Below, one piece after another: positions 45,149 through 55,252 of a DNA stretch of 64,000 bases (its first letter is position 1; the number at the start of each line of letters is the position of its first letter). This DNA comes from a virus, in IMG/VR virus record IMGVR_UViG_3300035670_000147, positions 9,294-73,293 of that record. One strand, 5' to 3'. The position numbers and the translations under genes are program-made. Under the pieces are notes generated by a model, which had not been told where the DNA came from, did no database searches, and was given only the letters and a program-made list of their open reading frames with translations.

Positions 45149-45693
45149 GCCCGCGGAGTTAACAACTCGCGCGGGCAATCTATTTTGCGCATTTTAGTTC
45201 GTTGGCGCAGAGTAGACGTAGGACGAAACTAACGAGCACAGGCGAGCGAAAAGTCGCCCGGGGACAAAAGTCGCGACCTCGTCGGTTGCGATACTTTTCG
45301 GGGTGGTTGGTCCTGCACCCATAGAGATACCAGAGAGATAGCCGGGACGTCGCGCAAGCGAAACGCCGGCGACTCGTCTCTGTAAGGCACAGTACCCCGG
45401 ATTTGTAGTGGGGCGCGCAAAATGGATAGGCAGGCGCGTTTTATGTAAAATCCGGAGCGCCTGCGGGCGCTTATACGCCACGTCTGAAGGGCCTAGTCCC
45501 CGCAGACATGTTTCCTCGTTGTACCTTTCGGCCGCGATAATAATAACTAACGCGCGCCGGTTGTTGCCGCCATGGCCGGTGAACAACGAGCCAGTTAACG
45601 CGCGAGCCCGCGTAAGCGGGTCGTTAACGGGGGACGCCGGGTGGGAGAGTTGCTAGCCTCTCCCACCCGGCGCACATCGCACTTCTTTTTTTT
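45149..45693 (+). ncRNA. Unassigned large structured RNA or structured 3' region (~550 nt)
   Basis: No credible ORF; about 12 stems including a long-range 13-bp helix (45178-45190 with 45415-45427); ends with a 15-bp hairpin (45635-45672) and a T tract. Confidence 0.55.
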
Positions 45694-45723
45694 AGATATC
45701 AGACGCCGGGGTATAATTACGCT

Positions 45724-47013
45724 ATGAGCCAACCACGCATTTTTCCGTTCCGCCGCGTATCTGTCGACCACATGACCCGCGGCGTTTCGCGTGTCTGGTG
45801 GCAATTAGACCGCCTTTTTCGCGACGAGGGTCCGTACTCTTTTCAATTGCAGTACGGCCGCACGGGCGTCCGCGACGCCGCTGACTGGACAAATATCGGG
45901 GCGCCCGTCGTTAATTCATACTTCGCGCTCGACCCAGAGTGGCGCGAAAGCGGCTACGATATAACCTCGCATTATCGTGTCGTTTTAACTACTCCGAACG
46001 GTCGCTATGTTTCTCAGGCAGCCAGTTGCTTTGGCGAGTTAACCGAAAAAGACTGGTTACTTGCCCGAGAGATTATTCGCAAGGAGCAGTTGCGCAACCG
46101 GCTCGTATCAATTCCCGGTTATTTGATTAAGCCACTGCGGTACGGTACACCCTGCAAACGGTGCCGCGACCAGTTAACTGACGAAATCTCAGACGCTGAT
46201 TGCCCGCTCTGTAGCGGCACCGGTTTCGAGACTGGATACCATACCCCCGTCCCGCTGCAGTGTTGGGATTTGTCGCCGCAAGTTATTCAAGAACAAATCG
46301 ATAATAACATCAAAGGCAATACGCGAGAAAACCCATACGTTAATGCACGCGTAATCGGCTTCCCGGCGTTAAACAAGTACGATATCTGGGCCAACGGCTC
46401 GTCCGACGAGCGCTGGATGATCGATACAATACAGGTAACAGCCGCCTTGCGGGGCGTGCCGATTATCTATCAAGTGCGCATGGGATTATTACCGTTTAGT
46501 AACGCCGTATACGCAATCGAGATTGGCGGAGAACCAGCCGCTCGCCGCGGGCCCACCCTGCCGATAGAAGGTTGCGGCGACGTTATTGTAGACCACGATT
46601 ACACGGGTATTGATGCTTTAATTTATACAACGGCTGCCGGCTGCCCTGTAGAAGGTGCTGATGTTTACTTGTTTACAAAAGAGTCCTTTGACGCGCACGG
46701 ATTAAATATTGACCGAAGTTTGGCGGCTGGTAAAACAAAAACACGGGTTAACGGGCGCTGGTTACAGTCGCTAAAACTCGACGCGGGCGATTATGTTATC
46801 TTGTACGAGAAGGTCGGCGAGTACGGACCGGACACGCAAGAAATAACCGTCGCGCCTCCCGAGGCCCCGCTGCCAATGTCATATCCGCCGGTTATGGGTT
46901 CTCACGAACCGCCGCCGGCGCACCAATTACCGGTCGGACGGAAAATACGTACTGTTGTGCCCGGCCGCCCGTCGCCGCCCGATCAGACCGAAAAAGGTTT
47001 CTGGGATATATGA
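45724..47013 (+). CDS. Putative head-closure/neck protein with Zn finger and C-terminal beta-sandwich
   Basis: CKRC...CPLCSGTGF..GY; lies between adaptor and tail terminator; apparently leaderless (GTATAAT at 45711-45717). Confidence 0.55.
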   Translation: MSQPRIFPFRRVSVDHMTRGVSRVWWQLDRLFRDEGPYSFQLQYGRTGVRDAADWTNIGAPVVNSYFALDPEWRESGYDITSHYRVVLTTPNGRYVSQAASCFGELTEKDWLLAREIIRKEQLRNRLVSIPGYLIKPLRYGTPCKRCRDQLTDEISDADCPLCSGTGFETGYHTPVPLQCWDLSPQVIQEQIDNNIKGNTRENPYVNARVIGFPALNKYDIWANGSSDERWMIDTIQVTAALRGVPIIYQVRMGLLPFSNAVYAIEIGGEPAARRGPTLPIEGCGDVIVDHDYTGIDALIYTTAAGCPVEGADVYLFTKESFDAHGLNIDRSLAAGKTKTRVNGRWLQSLKLDAGDYVILYEKVGEYGPDTQEITVAPPEAPLPMSYPPVMGSHEPPPAHQLPVGRKIRTVVPGRPSPPDQTEKGFWDI

Positions 47014-47177
47014 AAGACCAGCAATTATCGCCGGACAAAGTGAAACTGTTCGAAAAGCCGATTAAACTGTTCTCGAAAATCAGCCTGTTTGGCGACGATA
47101 AAGAAGTCAAAATACTCCCGAAAATAGATTTGCGGCGGGAAAAGGAACAAGAAAATGACCGACTGCCCGAATCCTGA
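47010..47177 (+). CDS. 55-aa basic protein (not in ORF track)
   Basis: ATGA overlap with the upstream stop; MKDQQLSPDKVKLFEKP... Confidence 0.4.
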   Translation: MKDQQLSPDKVKLFEKPIKLFSKISLFGDDKEVKILPKIDLRREKEQENDRLPES

Positions 47178-47871
47178 GCAAGACAACACCCCGTTTGAAG
47201 ACCAGTTTCCGCCCGGGAGTGGTCCGGAAAACAAGGTAGCAAAGGTCAGCGCGCTGTGTTCGTATGGAATGCGGCCGCACGTAATGACCGGATTTCTGCG
47301 GCAACTATTAATCGGCCACTTCTCTGACCCCGAAAACATTGAAGAGCCGCGTATACGCCGCCACATTCAAGAAATCGGAACATGGCAACCGTCGCAAAAC
47401 GGTTTGAACTCGGGCGGGATTTTGATAGAAAGTATTACTAGATGGGCGCCAAATACCGCCGATAAACGTCCGGCCATACTAATTAAAAGAAATGGCTGGC
47501 AGTGGTCTTCGCGAGTAATTGGTGACAGGTCCGTTGAAAATCTTTATACTGGAGAGACAGGTTACGTAGGTTTCTGGGAAGGCAGCCATACACTATTCTG
47601 CCTCGCCCAAAACGGTGCCGAAGCCGAGTTTTTATCCACGGAGGTGTTCAAGTTTTTAATACTTTTCTCGCCAATGATTAGGGAACAAATGGATTTGTTT
47701 AAATTCATGCCCACCCAAGTCGGCGGTGTTGGGGAAGTACAAGAGGTGATGCAGGGGTATGCCGTCCCGATCACTGTGACGTATGTGGCCGAGGAAGCGT
47801 GGTCGCTCCAGCCGTACGTCCCGCGGCTTAAGCGGATTGTCTTTAAGGCATCAGATTTGTTGTCAGGTTAA
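47155..47871 (+). CDS. Putative tail terminator/completion protein
   Basis: Immediately upstream of the sheath gene; KRPAILIKR pattern. Confidence 0.55.
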   Translation: MTDCPNPEQDNTPFEDQFPPGSGPENKVAKVSALCSYGMRPHVMTGFLRQLLIGHFSDPENIEEPRIRRHIQEIGTWQPSQNGLNSGGILIESITRWAPNTADKRPAILIKRNGWQWSSRVIGDRSVENLYTGETGYVGFWEGSHTLFCLAQNGAEAEFLSTEVFKFLILFSPMIREQMDLFKFMPTQVGGVGEVQEVMQGYAVPITVTYVAEEAWSLQPYVPRLKRIVFKASDLLSG

Positions 47872-47970
47872 ATTTTGTCGCGAGGTGTTTTTTTCAAGCA
47901 TGAGTGGTTGTGTATACTACTCGCTAAGCACTTGACCGCACACAAATAACTGAGGCACGGAGGCCTTCGC

Positions 47971-50900
47971 ATGTCGAGTTATATCAAGCCACAAGTATTA
48001 GTCTTCCAAGAGTTCCGGATCGTCCCGACGGAGATCACGGAACCGCTGCGCGCCCACATCGCCGGCCCGCACGCCATCCTTCACCGCTACAGCGATCTTG
48101 ACGAGAAGAAGACCATTCTTCTTGGGCAATATGATCGGCTGAACGACATTTGCTATCTGTGGCCGTCGCGTCGGCCCGGTTCGATCGTCGACCTGCCGTA
48201 CACGAAGGTGTATATGGACGACGCGCTGCTGAAGTATTTCGACCACGTACTTCAGAGCACGTACACCACGATCACCGCGGTAGACGGCAAGTTCAACTGG
48301 ATTCAATCGGACGATCTTTCGTTTAAGTCCAACACGTCGGCTTATCCGCGCAGCAGCGACTTCCTCGACCGCGACGTGGCGGTTGGCGACGTCGCTTACC
48401 TGCGCACGGTGTATGACCGCGACGACGAGTGCCGCGAAATCGAACTGTGGACTGAAGTTGTTGGCTTTGCTAGCGACCTCGTCGACTCTTTGATCAAGCC
48501 CGCCGAAAACGACGAAGACAATCAGCCCAACACGCTGGCTTACTGCGGTATCCCGAACCCGGCCGTGGGCGACGATGGGCAGCCCGATGCTGACAACAAC
48601 TATTTGCAAGTTGCCGGCAAAGAAAACTGCGTCAAACTCGTCGAACTTGACGGCGCTGCTTACAACGGCCTCGCCAGCGGCGATGTCGAAGAAGAGTACA
48701 CTATTCAAGTTATTAAGAGCACCGTGTCGGGGTGCAACGCCGCGCGTCTGCGCGTGCGCAGCGCCAGCGGCCGCGACGATCAAGAAGAAGTTGTGCCGAA
48801 CGACATGGGCCAGTGGACCGAAATCGGCACCCGCGGCTTGAAGGTCAAGTTTAACGTGCTTGACACCGAAGCCTGCATCGACGCCTCGGTGGCGAACGAC
48901 GTTGTTTATGATAACTTTGTCACCGGCCAGAAGTGGGTCGTGGCCGTGGCGCAAGAGTTTTACGCCGCAGACGCCGACTCGGCTGCTGACGGGCAGTTCA
49001 CGGTGCAGTTGGACGGCGACATTGCCGGCGCTTACAACGGCGCTAAGAACGACGTTTACATTGTTGAGGTCACGAAGGGCGGCGCGTTGGACGCCGTGGT
49101 CGCCGATACGCTCGGCTTCCCGGAAATCACCGTACGCACCGTCAAAGGTCTCGACATGTCGGGCCCCACGGAGGTTGTGGAAAACGGCGGCGAAATCGGC
49201 ATCGGTACCAATGGCGTAAAGGTCATCCTGTCCGTCCCCGGTCCGGTGTCCGCGCTTGAGTTGCAAAACGGCGGCAGCACGTACACCACGGCTCCCACCG
49301 TGACGATCGTCCCGCAGCCCGGCGAGCCGGGACAGGGCGCGACGGCTACGTGCACTATTAATGACGACGGCGTCGTCGACAGCATCACCCTGACAAACGC
49401 GGGCAGCGGTTACTTGAATCCGCCGCAAGTCGTGTTTACTGGCGGCGGCGGGACGGGCGCTTCGGCGCAGGCCTCGCTGAACGTCGGACTCCGGAAGGGT
49501 GACAAGTTCTACGTCGCGGTCGTTTCCAGCAAGGCTGGTCCGGTGCGCAAACTCATCCTTCGCGACGACCTGCCCAGCGAAATGCGCGACACCTACGTGC
49601 GCGCTTCGACTGTTAAGCAGTCGGTCAAGGTGGTTGCCGACGCGAACATCACGTTGGAAGGCCTGCAGACAATCGACGAAGTCGAACTGGAAGCCGGAGA
49701 ACGCGTGCTCGTAGTCGACCAAGATGACGCGACCGAAAACGGGGTTTACGTTGTTAGCGCCGAGGCGTGGACTCGCGCCACCGATTTCGACGAAACATCC
49801 GAAATCTCGAAAAACGTTTACGTTCCGGTACTGTCCGGCGACACTTATGCCGGTTCGGGCTGGGTCGTGACGAACAGCGGCACGGTCGCCGTTGGTGAAT
49901 CTGTTATTAACTTTGTGCGCGACGACGAGGCGAACACAGATCGCCCCGTGCCGCTCGACCTGAAGTTGTTCATTAAGGACGACATCCAGATTTCGCGCGT
50001 CCGTCCGGAGACTTATGCTCTGACGAACTACTGGTTCGAAGACACGCAAATCTGCATTCAGGAAGGCATCACTGCCTATCATCCTGACTGGACGGCGACG
50101 GGCGTCGAGCAGCCGCTTCCCGTTGAAGCGGGCAAGGTGTACGTCGAGTACCGCGAATGGCTGGCCGAGTTCGCTGACGAAGTAAATTCGATCAGCGACG
50201 TCGCCGATCTTGACGATCTTGCCGGGCAACTTCACCCGGATAACCCGCTGAAGTGGGGCGTGTACAAGGCGCTCTCCAACAGCAACGGTACGGTTGTGAA
50301 GTACACCGCGGTTGCCCACCCTGAAGAGTTCGATGAGACCGGGAAAATCCTCGGCCCCGACCTCGACAGTTGGGTACAGGTGCTTGAGCGCATCAAGGGT
50401 CGCGACGATATGTACAACCTCGTACCGATGACGTTTGACCGCAGGGTGCAAAACCTGTGGGCTGCGCACATCGGCGCCGAGTCGAACGAGATCGCCAACA
50501 ACTGGAAGGCCGGCTTCTTCTCCCTTAAGGCCGAGCCGAAGCAACTGGTTGTCGGCGAGGGCGCCCTTATCAAGGGCGTGCTTGGCGAAGTTATGGAGCC
50601 GATGCTTGCTACGCTGAAGGACGACCCGAACGCTACGGGCCAGCAGTACACGTTGCTGCAGGTTCCGCAGGGTACGACTTTCGCTAAGGGCTACTTCATC
50701 ACCAATGAGGTGCAGCCGGGCGACATCGTGCGCTACAACTTCTCGGTCGACCAATACGGCGAGGAGCAGTACGAAGAGTATGTTGTCGATCAGGTTCTGT
50801 CGGAAAACTCGCTGCGGCTGTTCACCGGCGCTGACGCGCCCGTGACGCAGGAACAGCGGTTTGAAATCTGGCACAACCGGAACCGCAACGAGATCGCGGA

Positions 50901-51528
50901 GGACATTGCGCAGCAAGCCGGTTCGCTTTCGAACCGCCGTATCTGCGCCGTGTGGCCCGATCAGGTAGGCGAGGCTGGCACGAGCCAGCCCGGCTACTAC
51001 CTCGCCGCTGCGCTCGCTGGTCTCGTCTCCGGCGTGGTGCCTCACCAGCCGCTGACGAACGTTGAGGTCGCCGGTTTCGACGACTTCACGCGGTCCTACA
51101 AGTATTTCAATGAAACGCAACTGAACCGCATGGCGGAAGCCGGCGTGTGGATCGTCACGGAAGACCGCGACGGCACCCCGCACACCCGGCACGCTCTGAC
51201 GACGGACAACCTCGACCTGAATCGTCGGGAAGAGATGATCCGCCGCAATGTGGACTCGATGTCGTACCTGTTCCTGCGTCGGCTGCGTCCGTTCATCGGC
51301 CGCACCAACGTGCAGCCCGGCATGTTGCGTCGTCTGAAGTTCGAGGTCGAAACAATCATCAACTTCCTGTCTAACAACGGCAACACGGAAGAACTGGGCT
51401 CGCAGTTAATCTCCGGCGAAATCCGGAAACTGCAAGTGCATCCGCTGCTGAAGGACCGGATTGAGATTGTGCTGGACCTCGTTGTTCCGGCGCCGCTCAA
51501 CAACATCGAACTGCACTTGGTCGTCTGA
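47971..51528 (+). CDS. Contractile tail sheath protein with inserted domains
   Basis: N-terminal YIKPQVLVFQE; C-terminal PGYYLAAALAG...QPLTN...RHALTT...RRNVD...VPAPLNNIELHLVV. Confidence 0.85.
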   Translation: MSSYIKPQVLVFQEFRIVPTEITEPLRAHIAGPHAILHRYSDLDEKKTILLGQYDRLNDICYLWPSRRPGSIVDLPYTKVYMDDALLKYFDHVLQSTYTTITAVDGKFNWIQSDDLSFKSNTSAYPRSSDFLDRDVAVGDVAYLRTVYDRDDECREIELWTEVVGFASDLVDSLIKPAENDEDNQPNTLAYCGIPNPAVGDDGQPDADNNYLQVAGKENCVKLVELDGAAYNGLASGDVEEEYTIQVIKSTVSGCNAARLRVRSASGRDDQEEVVPNDMGQWTEIGTRGLKVKFNVLDTEACIDASVANDVVYDNFVTGQKWVVAVAQEFYAADADSAADGQFTVQLDGDIAGAYNGAKNDVYIVEVTKGGALDAVVADTLGFPEITVRTVKGLDMSGPTEVVENGGEIGIGTNGVKVILSVPGPVSALELQNGGSTYTTAPTVTIVPQPGEPGQGATATCTINDDGVVDSITLTNAGSGYLNPPQVVFTGGGGTGASAQASLNVGLRKGDKFYVAVVSSKAGPVRKLILRDDLPSEMRDTYVRASTVKQSVKVVADANITLEGLQTIDEVELEAGERVLVVDQDDATENGVYVVSAEAWTRATDFDETSEISKNVYVPVLSGDTYAGSGWVVTNSGTVAVGESVINFVRDDEANTDRPVPLDLKLFIKDDIQISRVRPETYALTNYWFEDTQICIQEGITAYHPDWTATGVEQPLPVEAGKVYVEYREWLAEFADEVNSISDVADLDDLAGQLHPDNPLKWGVYKALSNSNGTVVKYTAVAHPEEFDETGKILGPDLDSWVQVLERIKGRDDMYNLVPMTFDRRVQNLWAAHIGAESNEIANNWKAGFFSLKAEPKQLVVGEGALIKGVLGEVMEPMLATLKDDPNATGQQYTLLQVPQGTTFAKGYFITNEVQPGDIVRYNFSVDQYGEEQYEEYVVDQVLSENSLRLFTGADAPVTQEQRFEIWHNRNRNEIAEDIAQQAGSLSNRRICAVWPDQVGEAGTSQPGYYLAAALAGLVSGVVPHQPLTNVEVAGFDDFTRSYKYFNETQLNRMAEAGVWIVTEDRDGTPHTRHALTTDNLDLNRREEMIRRNVDSMSYLFLRRLRPFIGRTNVQPGMLRRLKFEVETIINFLSNNGNTEELGSQLISGEIRKLQVHPLLKDRIEIVLDLVVPAPLNNIELHLVV

Positions 51529-51562
51529 CAAACAAATTAGAGTTCAAAGGAGTTAACAAACT

Positions 51563-52024
51563 ATGCCATCGGTCTTTCAAGGTACAAGTCAGGCGCTCAA
51601 CGGCGTCATCCGGGCTGAGGACGTTAAACTCACGTTCCCGGGTGCCGCCGGCGGGGCCGACGGGGCTCTTGTTCAGCAGGCGCAAATCACCTGCGAGCGC
51701 ACCGTCAACATGATTTATGAAATCGGCTCGTCGAAAGTTTATTACGTCGGCGACCGTCGTCGTGGCACTGCGCAGTTCAGCCGAGTTGTCGGCGGTTCGG
51801 CGTCGTTCAAGGCGATGATTGCTCAGTTCGGCGACATCTGCAAAGCGCCCGACAACCACATCGACATGGAAGTTGGGTCGAGTTCTTGCGGCGGTACCAA
51901 CGGCACCATGAACTACAAGATGATGTCGGCGACGTTAAACTCGCTGGGGGCGTCTGTGACGGCCCAAGACATCGTCGTAACGGAGAGCATGGGCTTCATG
52001 TTCGTCGACCTCGAATACGTCTGA
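51563..52024 (+). CDS. Tail tube protein
   Basis: 153 aa directly after the sheath; RTVNMIYEIGS pattern. Confidence 0.75.
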   Translation: MPSVFQGTSQALNGVIRAEDVKLTFPGAAGGADGALVQQAQITCERTVNMIYEIGSSKVYYVGDRRRGTAQFSRVVGGSASFKAMIAQFGDICKAPDNHIDMEVGSSSCGGTNGTMNYKMMSATLNSLGASVTAQDIVVTESMGFMFVDLEYV

Positions 52025-52050
52025 TTCGTTTAATATTGGCTTATACCGAA

Positions 52051-52083
52051 AAACGGCGGTTGCGGTTTCCGCAGCCGCCGTTT
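52051..52083 (+). terminator. Terminator-like hairpin after the tube gene
   Basis: AAACGGCGGTTGCGG-TTT-CCGCAGCCGCCGTTT. Confidence 0.7.
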
Positions 52084-52138
52084 AAGGTATATGGGCTTCG
52101 GCCCGGGGTCTTTTTGACCCGTAACCGCACCTTAACTG

Positions 52139-55100
52139 GTGGATAAAATGGCAGAAAATGGCGATAATTCCGCCGGGCAATCCGGCGGCAAAACTTCTTT
52201 TGGCGTCGACGTTCCGTCCGCCATGAACGCGGCCGCAAACATCGCCAACGCGATGATTGGCGGCGGAAAAACCACCAACGCGGTCGGGGGCATTGCTTTA
52301 GGCGGGATAGCCGCGGTGGCGAACGCGGCGACTGGCGGCGCGATGAGCCAGACGCATAAGGGCACAGGCGTCGGTTCCAGCCCCACAACTCAGACACAGT
52401 ATTTTCACGACCCGTCAGCGGCCGCGCGCAGTGTATTGAGACAAATCGTAGGCCGCGGCGTTCTCGGCGACTACGGCTCCAATCTAGCCTCAGTAGCCGA
52501 CCCATTTCTTAACATGGTCGGGTACAAAACGGGCTTTCAGGACACCGGCCGAATCTTAACGGGGATTATTCACGACGGGACGCCGATCGCGAATAACTAT
52601 ATTGTGCACCCCGACCACGGGCACAATCCCGTCATCGCCGTAGCCATGACGCACACAAGTTCCGCTGCGTTCGGAGTGACGGAATTAAACACGTATATTC
52701 CCGGCACCCGCGTCATTGTCATGATTCAAGACAAGGACTATCGGGGCGTCATTCTCGGAGCAATTCCGCACACCTTGGAGTGCGGCAAACGCGCCTTTCA
52801 AGATTACTACTCGCAAGCCAGCCGAAATCGCGTAGATGACTGCCAGAAAAAGCACATCAAGCAAGAAAAAAGTTCGAACATGGCTGACTACGCCAATTGG
52901 CGGCCATATGACGCGACATTAGCCGGCGAGTGGGGCGCGATTTCATCGACAGGCGCGAGAATTACTCTGGACGATTTTATGTTCCAGACCGCCGTGAATG
53001 AGTTTTGCGGCGTGTACGGCTTTTATCACGACAGCCTGCTCCGGATTGCCGGTTACAACATGCAGGTTTGGACCGCCGGCAGCGAACGCGACGCCTACAT
53101 GGATCAGGCTGAGTGCAACGACTCGCAGGGTTACACGCCGTATCCGTGGGAAGGTATGGGTGTACTCATTCCGGGTCCGCCTATTATCGAGGAGTATGAG
53201 CCGGGCTGTTATCACTGTTTTGAGCAAAAGCCGTACTACTCACGCTGGGAAAATAAACACGAATTTGCGCAGCCTTATCACCGCTCGCAAATTTTCTACG
53301 GTTATCTCGGGCAGGGGATGCGGCAACTTGTACACGCCCCGCCGCCCGGAAAAGAGCGCTGGACGTACAAGGGCGTTCCGGGCCCAACCGGCGATACGCC
53401 GTTTGATTCCAAGGTCGAGCCCCGGCGTAACGGCGGTACGCTTAGTTACAACTGCGAAGGCGGCCCCGATAAAGATAAAGACCACCAAGAAGAGCCAGTA
53501 TACGGCCTGAGCGAAGAAAACAAAGCGCTCGATGGTCGGTTGTTTCTGGCGTCGGCTAAGGGTGTGCATATCTCGAAGCGCATTTTGTTGCCGTTTCCGC
53601 AGCGCATCAAGCGACCAGAAGATTACAAAAACGGCGACGAAGCAGAGAAAAACTACAAGGCTGCTAGCAAGTACGGTTCCGGGCCTGAGCACGACATAAC
53701 TGGCACTATTAAGACCACAGACGATCAGTATCCAAATTTTCAGCGTGCGGCCGCGCTACTGGACCTGCACGGTTACCTGTACAACTACGCCGGATTACAC
53801 GCGTTCTACTGGCATGAAAAAGACTATAAGACGTGGGAACAGCAAGACCTGCCGTACGCCAAAACTAATCAAAAAATCCCGAAGTTCAATCGGCTGCTGG
53901 GCAAGATGTATCTGAAAGAAGAAATCCCAGTCAACTTTAAAATCGACCACCGTTACGACAAAAAAGGCGAGCAAAAATTCTACGAGACTGAGTCTTTTGT
54001 GTCCCTGCTCGAAGACGGCGGCATAGTTATCGGCGACGGGTACGGCGGCGAAATTCGGATGACCGGTGGCTGTGTTTTTATCTCGGCTCCGGGTGACATT
54101 TGGCTGAAGGGCGGGCGAGACGTACAGACGTGGGCCGGCAACGACGTTATTGCGCGAGCAAACAAAACTGTCGATATATCGGCTACGGAGAAAAATGTCC
54201 GCATCAAAGCCGAGCGCAACGTGTTGGTGCTCGCGGGCAACGAGACGTCGGATCGCGAGGGCGGCATTCTGCTTGAGAGCCGCAGTAAAACGACAATTTA
54301 CGACTTTGAAAAGTGCGGCGACGAGATTTTATTCGGGGGCGTGGTTATGCGCGCGCCAAAGTCGAATGTCGTGGCGCTGGCCAAAGATATCTATTTGCGG
54401 ACTGGAGGCGGCGAGGTCGAAAAGGGCGACATTTACATCGACGCGTCAGTGGGCGAAAAAGACATTATCACCAAGTCTAATGACATACATCATTTCGTAA
54501 AAGAAGAAGGGCGTATTTACCAGTACTTTGGCGGGCAAGAAGTTGGCGGGGCAACGAAAGCCAACATGTTTTCAAAAAATATCAACCTGCTGTGCGACGA
54601 CACAAGCATCGGCGGCAATGCTTTTATCAACGGATTTGTGCTCTGCAACCGCGATATCTTTGTGCATGACGGGCATATCTTCACCAAAGACGCCGAGCAA
54701 ACGCCAATGGTTCTGCCGTGTACTGGCGAATGCACAACCGAAGTTGGAAAAGCCCTCGACGAGTTTCGTGTGCTTACAAATCTGACTATCCCGAAGGCCG
54801 GCGATAAAGTTGACGAGGCACAGGCGCTCAAATGGTATATCGAGAAGCGCGCCGGTAATGATCGCGTAATGACGATTATGGAGTTCTCATTCCGCAAAGA
54901 CGACGACTACGATATCGACGATTTTATGCTGTACGAAGATCGTTGGCAGCAGATGGCGCGGATCGGCGGGCAAGACCCTGACAAATGGAAAGAACGCCCT
55001 GTTCCTGTCAAAGTGTGCGAAGAAACATACCCATTCCCCGGCAAAAAATGGTTGCAAGACAAGCCCGCCTACAAAGAACAAGATTTCAAAATTGTGCAAC

Positions 55101-55237
55101 TTGAAGGTGGCGGGTATATCGATAAAAAACGAAACCCCGCGCCGGGGCTGGCCGGAGAATACCGCGACCCCGAGTTCAAACAACCTCGTCCGCAGATCAT
55201 CAACGGTTACTACCCGATCGTACCCCGCCCCAAATAG
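52139..55237 (+). CDS. Baseplate spike/hub protein (gp5/VgrG-like OB fold plus beta-rich region)
   Basis: YIPGTRVIVM...GVILGAIP OB-fold pattern; beta-helix-like region (GGEIRMTGG..ISAPGDIWLKGG). Confidence 0.55.
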   Translation: MDKMAENGDNSAGQSGGKTSFGVDVPSAMNAAANIANAMIGGGKTTNAVGGIALGGIAAVANAATGGAMSQTHKGTGVGSSPTTQTQYFHDPSAAARSVLRQIVGRGVLGDYGSNLASVADPFLNMVGYKTGFQDTGRILTGIIHDGTPIANNYIVHPDHGHNPVIAVAMTHTSSAAFGVTELNTYIPGTRVIVMIQDKDYRGVILGAIPHTLECGKRAFQDYYSQASRNRVDDCQKKHIKQEKSSNMADYANWRPYDATLAGEWGAISSTGARITLDDFMFQTAVNEFCGVYGFYHDSLLRIAGYNMQVWTAGSERDAYMDQAECNDSQGYTPYPWEGMGVLIPGPPIIEEYEPGCYHCFEQKPYYSRWENKHEFAQPYHRSQIFYGYLGQGMRQLVHAPPPGKERWTYKGVPGPTGDTPFDSKVEPRRNGGTLSYNCEGGPDKDKDHQEEPVYGLSEENKALDGRLFLASAKGVHISKRILLPFPQRIKRPEDYKNGDEAEKNYKAASKYGSGPEHDITGTIKTTDDQYPNFQRAAALLDLHGYLYNYAGLHAFYWHEKDYKTWEQQDLPYAKTNQKIPKFNRLLGKMYLKEEIPVNFKIDHRYDKKGEQKFYETESFVSLLEDGGIVIGDGYGGEIRMTGGCVFISAPGDIWLKGGRDVQTWAGNDVIARANKTVDISATEKNVRIKAERNVLVLAGNETSDREGGILLESRSKTTIYDFEKCGDEILFGGVVMRAPKSNVVALAKDIYLRTGGGEVEKGDIYIDASVGEKDIITKSNDIHHFVKEEGRIYQYFGGQEVGGATKANMFSKNINLLCDDTSIGGNAFINGFVLCNRDIFVHDGHIFTKDAEQTPMVLPCTGECTTEVGKALDEFRVLTNLTIPKAGDKVDEAQALKWYIEKRAGNDRVMTIMEFSFRKDDDYDIDDFMLYEDRWQQMARIGGQDPDKWKERPVPVKVCEETYPFPGKKWLQDKPAYKEQDFKIVQLEGGGYIDKKRNPAPGLAGEYRDPEFKQPRPQIINGYYPIVPRPK

Positions 55238-55252
55238 CAATAAGGATGCGCT

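Noticed and set aside
45205-45232. Hammerhead-like ...GGACGAAAC segment
   Set aside because: The required CUGANGA core is absent (the sequence reads CAGAGTA).
45530-45600. tmRNA tag-like ATAACT region
   Set aside because: No tRNA-like domain or T-arm, and no tag ORF ending in hydrophobic-Ala-Ala.
47998-51192. 1064-aa ORF on the minus strand
   Set aside because: It lies antisense to the tail sheath gene, has no recognisable motifs, and is explained by the strong codon bias of a highly expressed gene.
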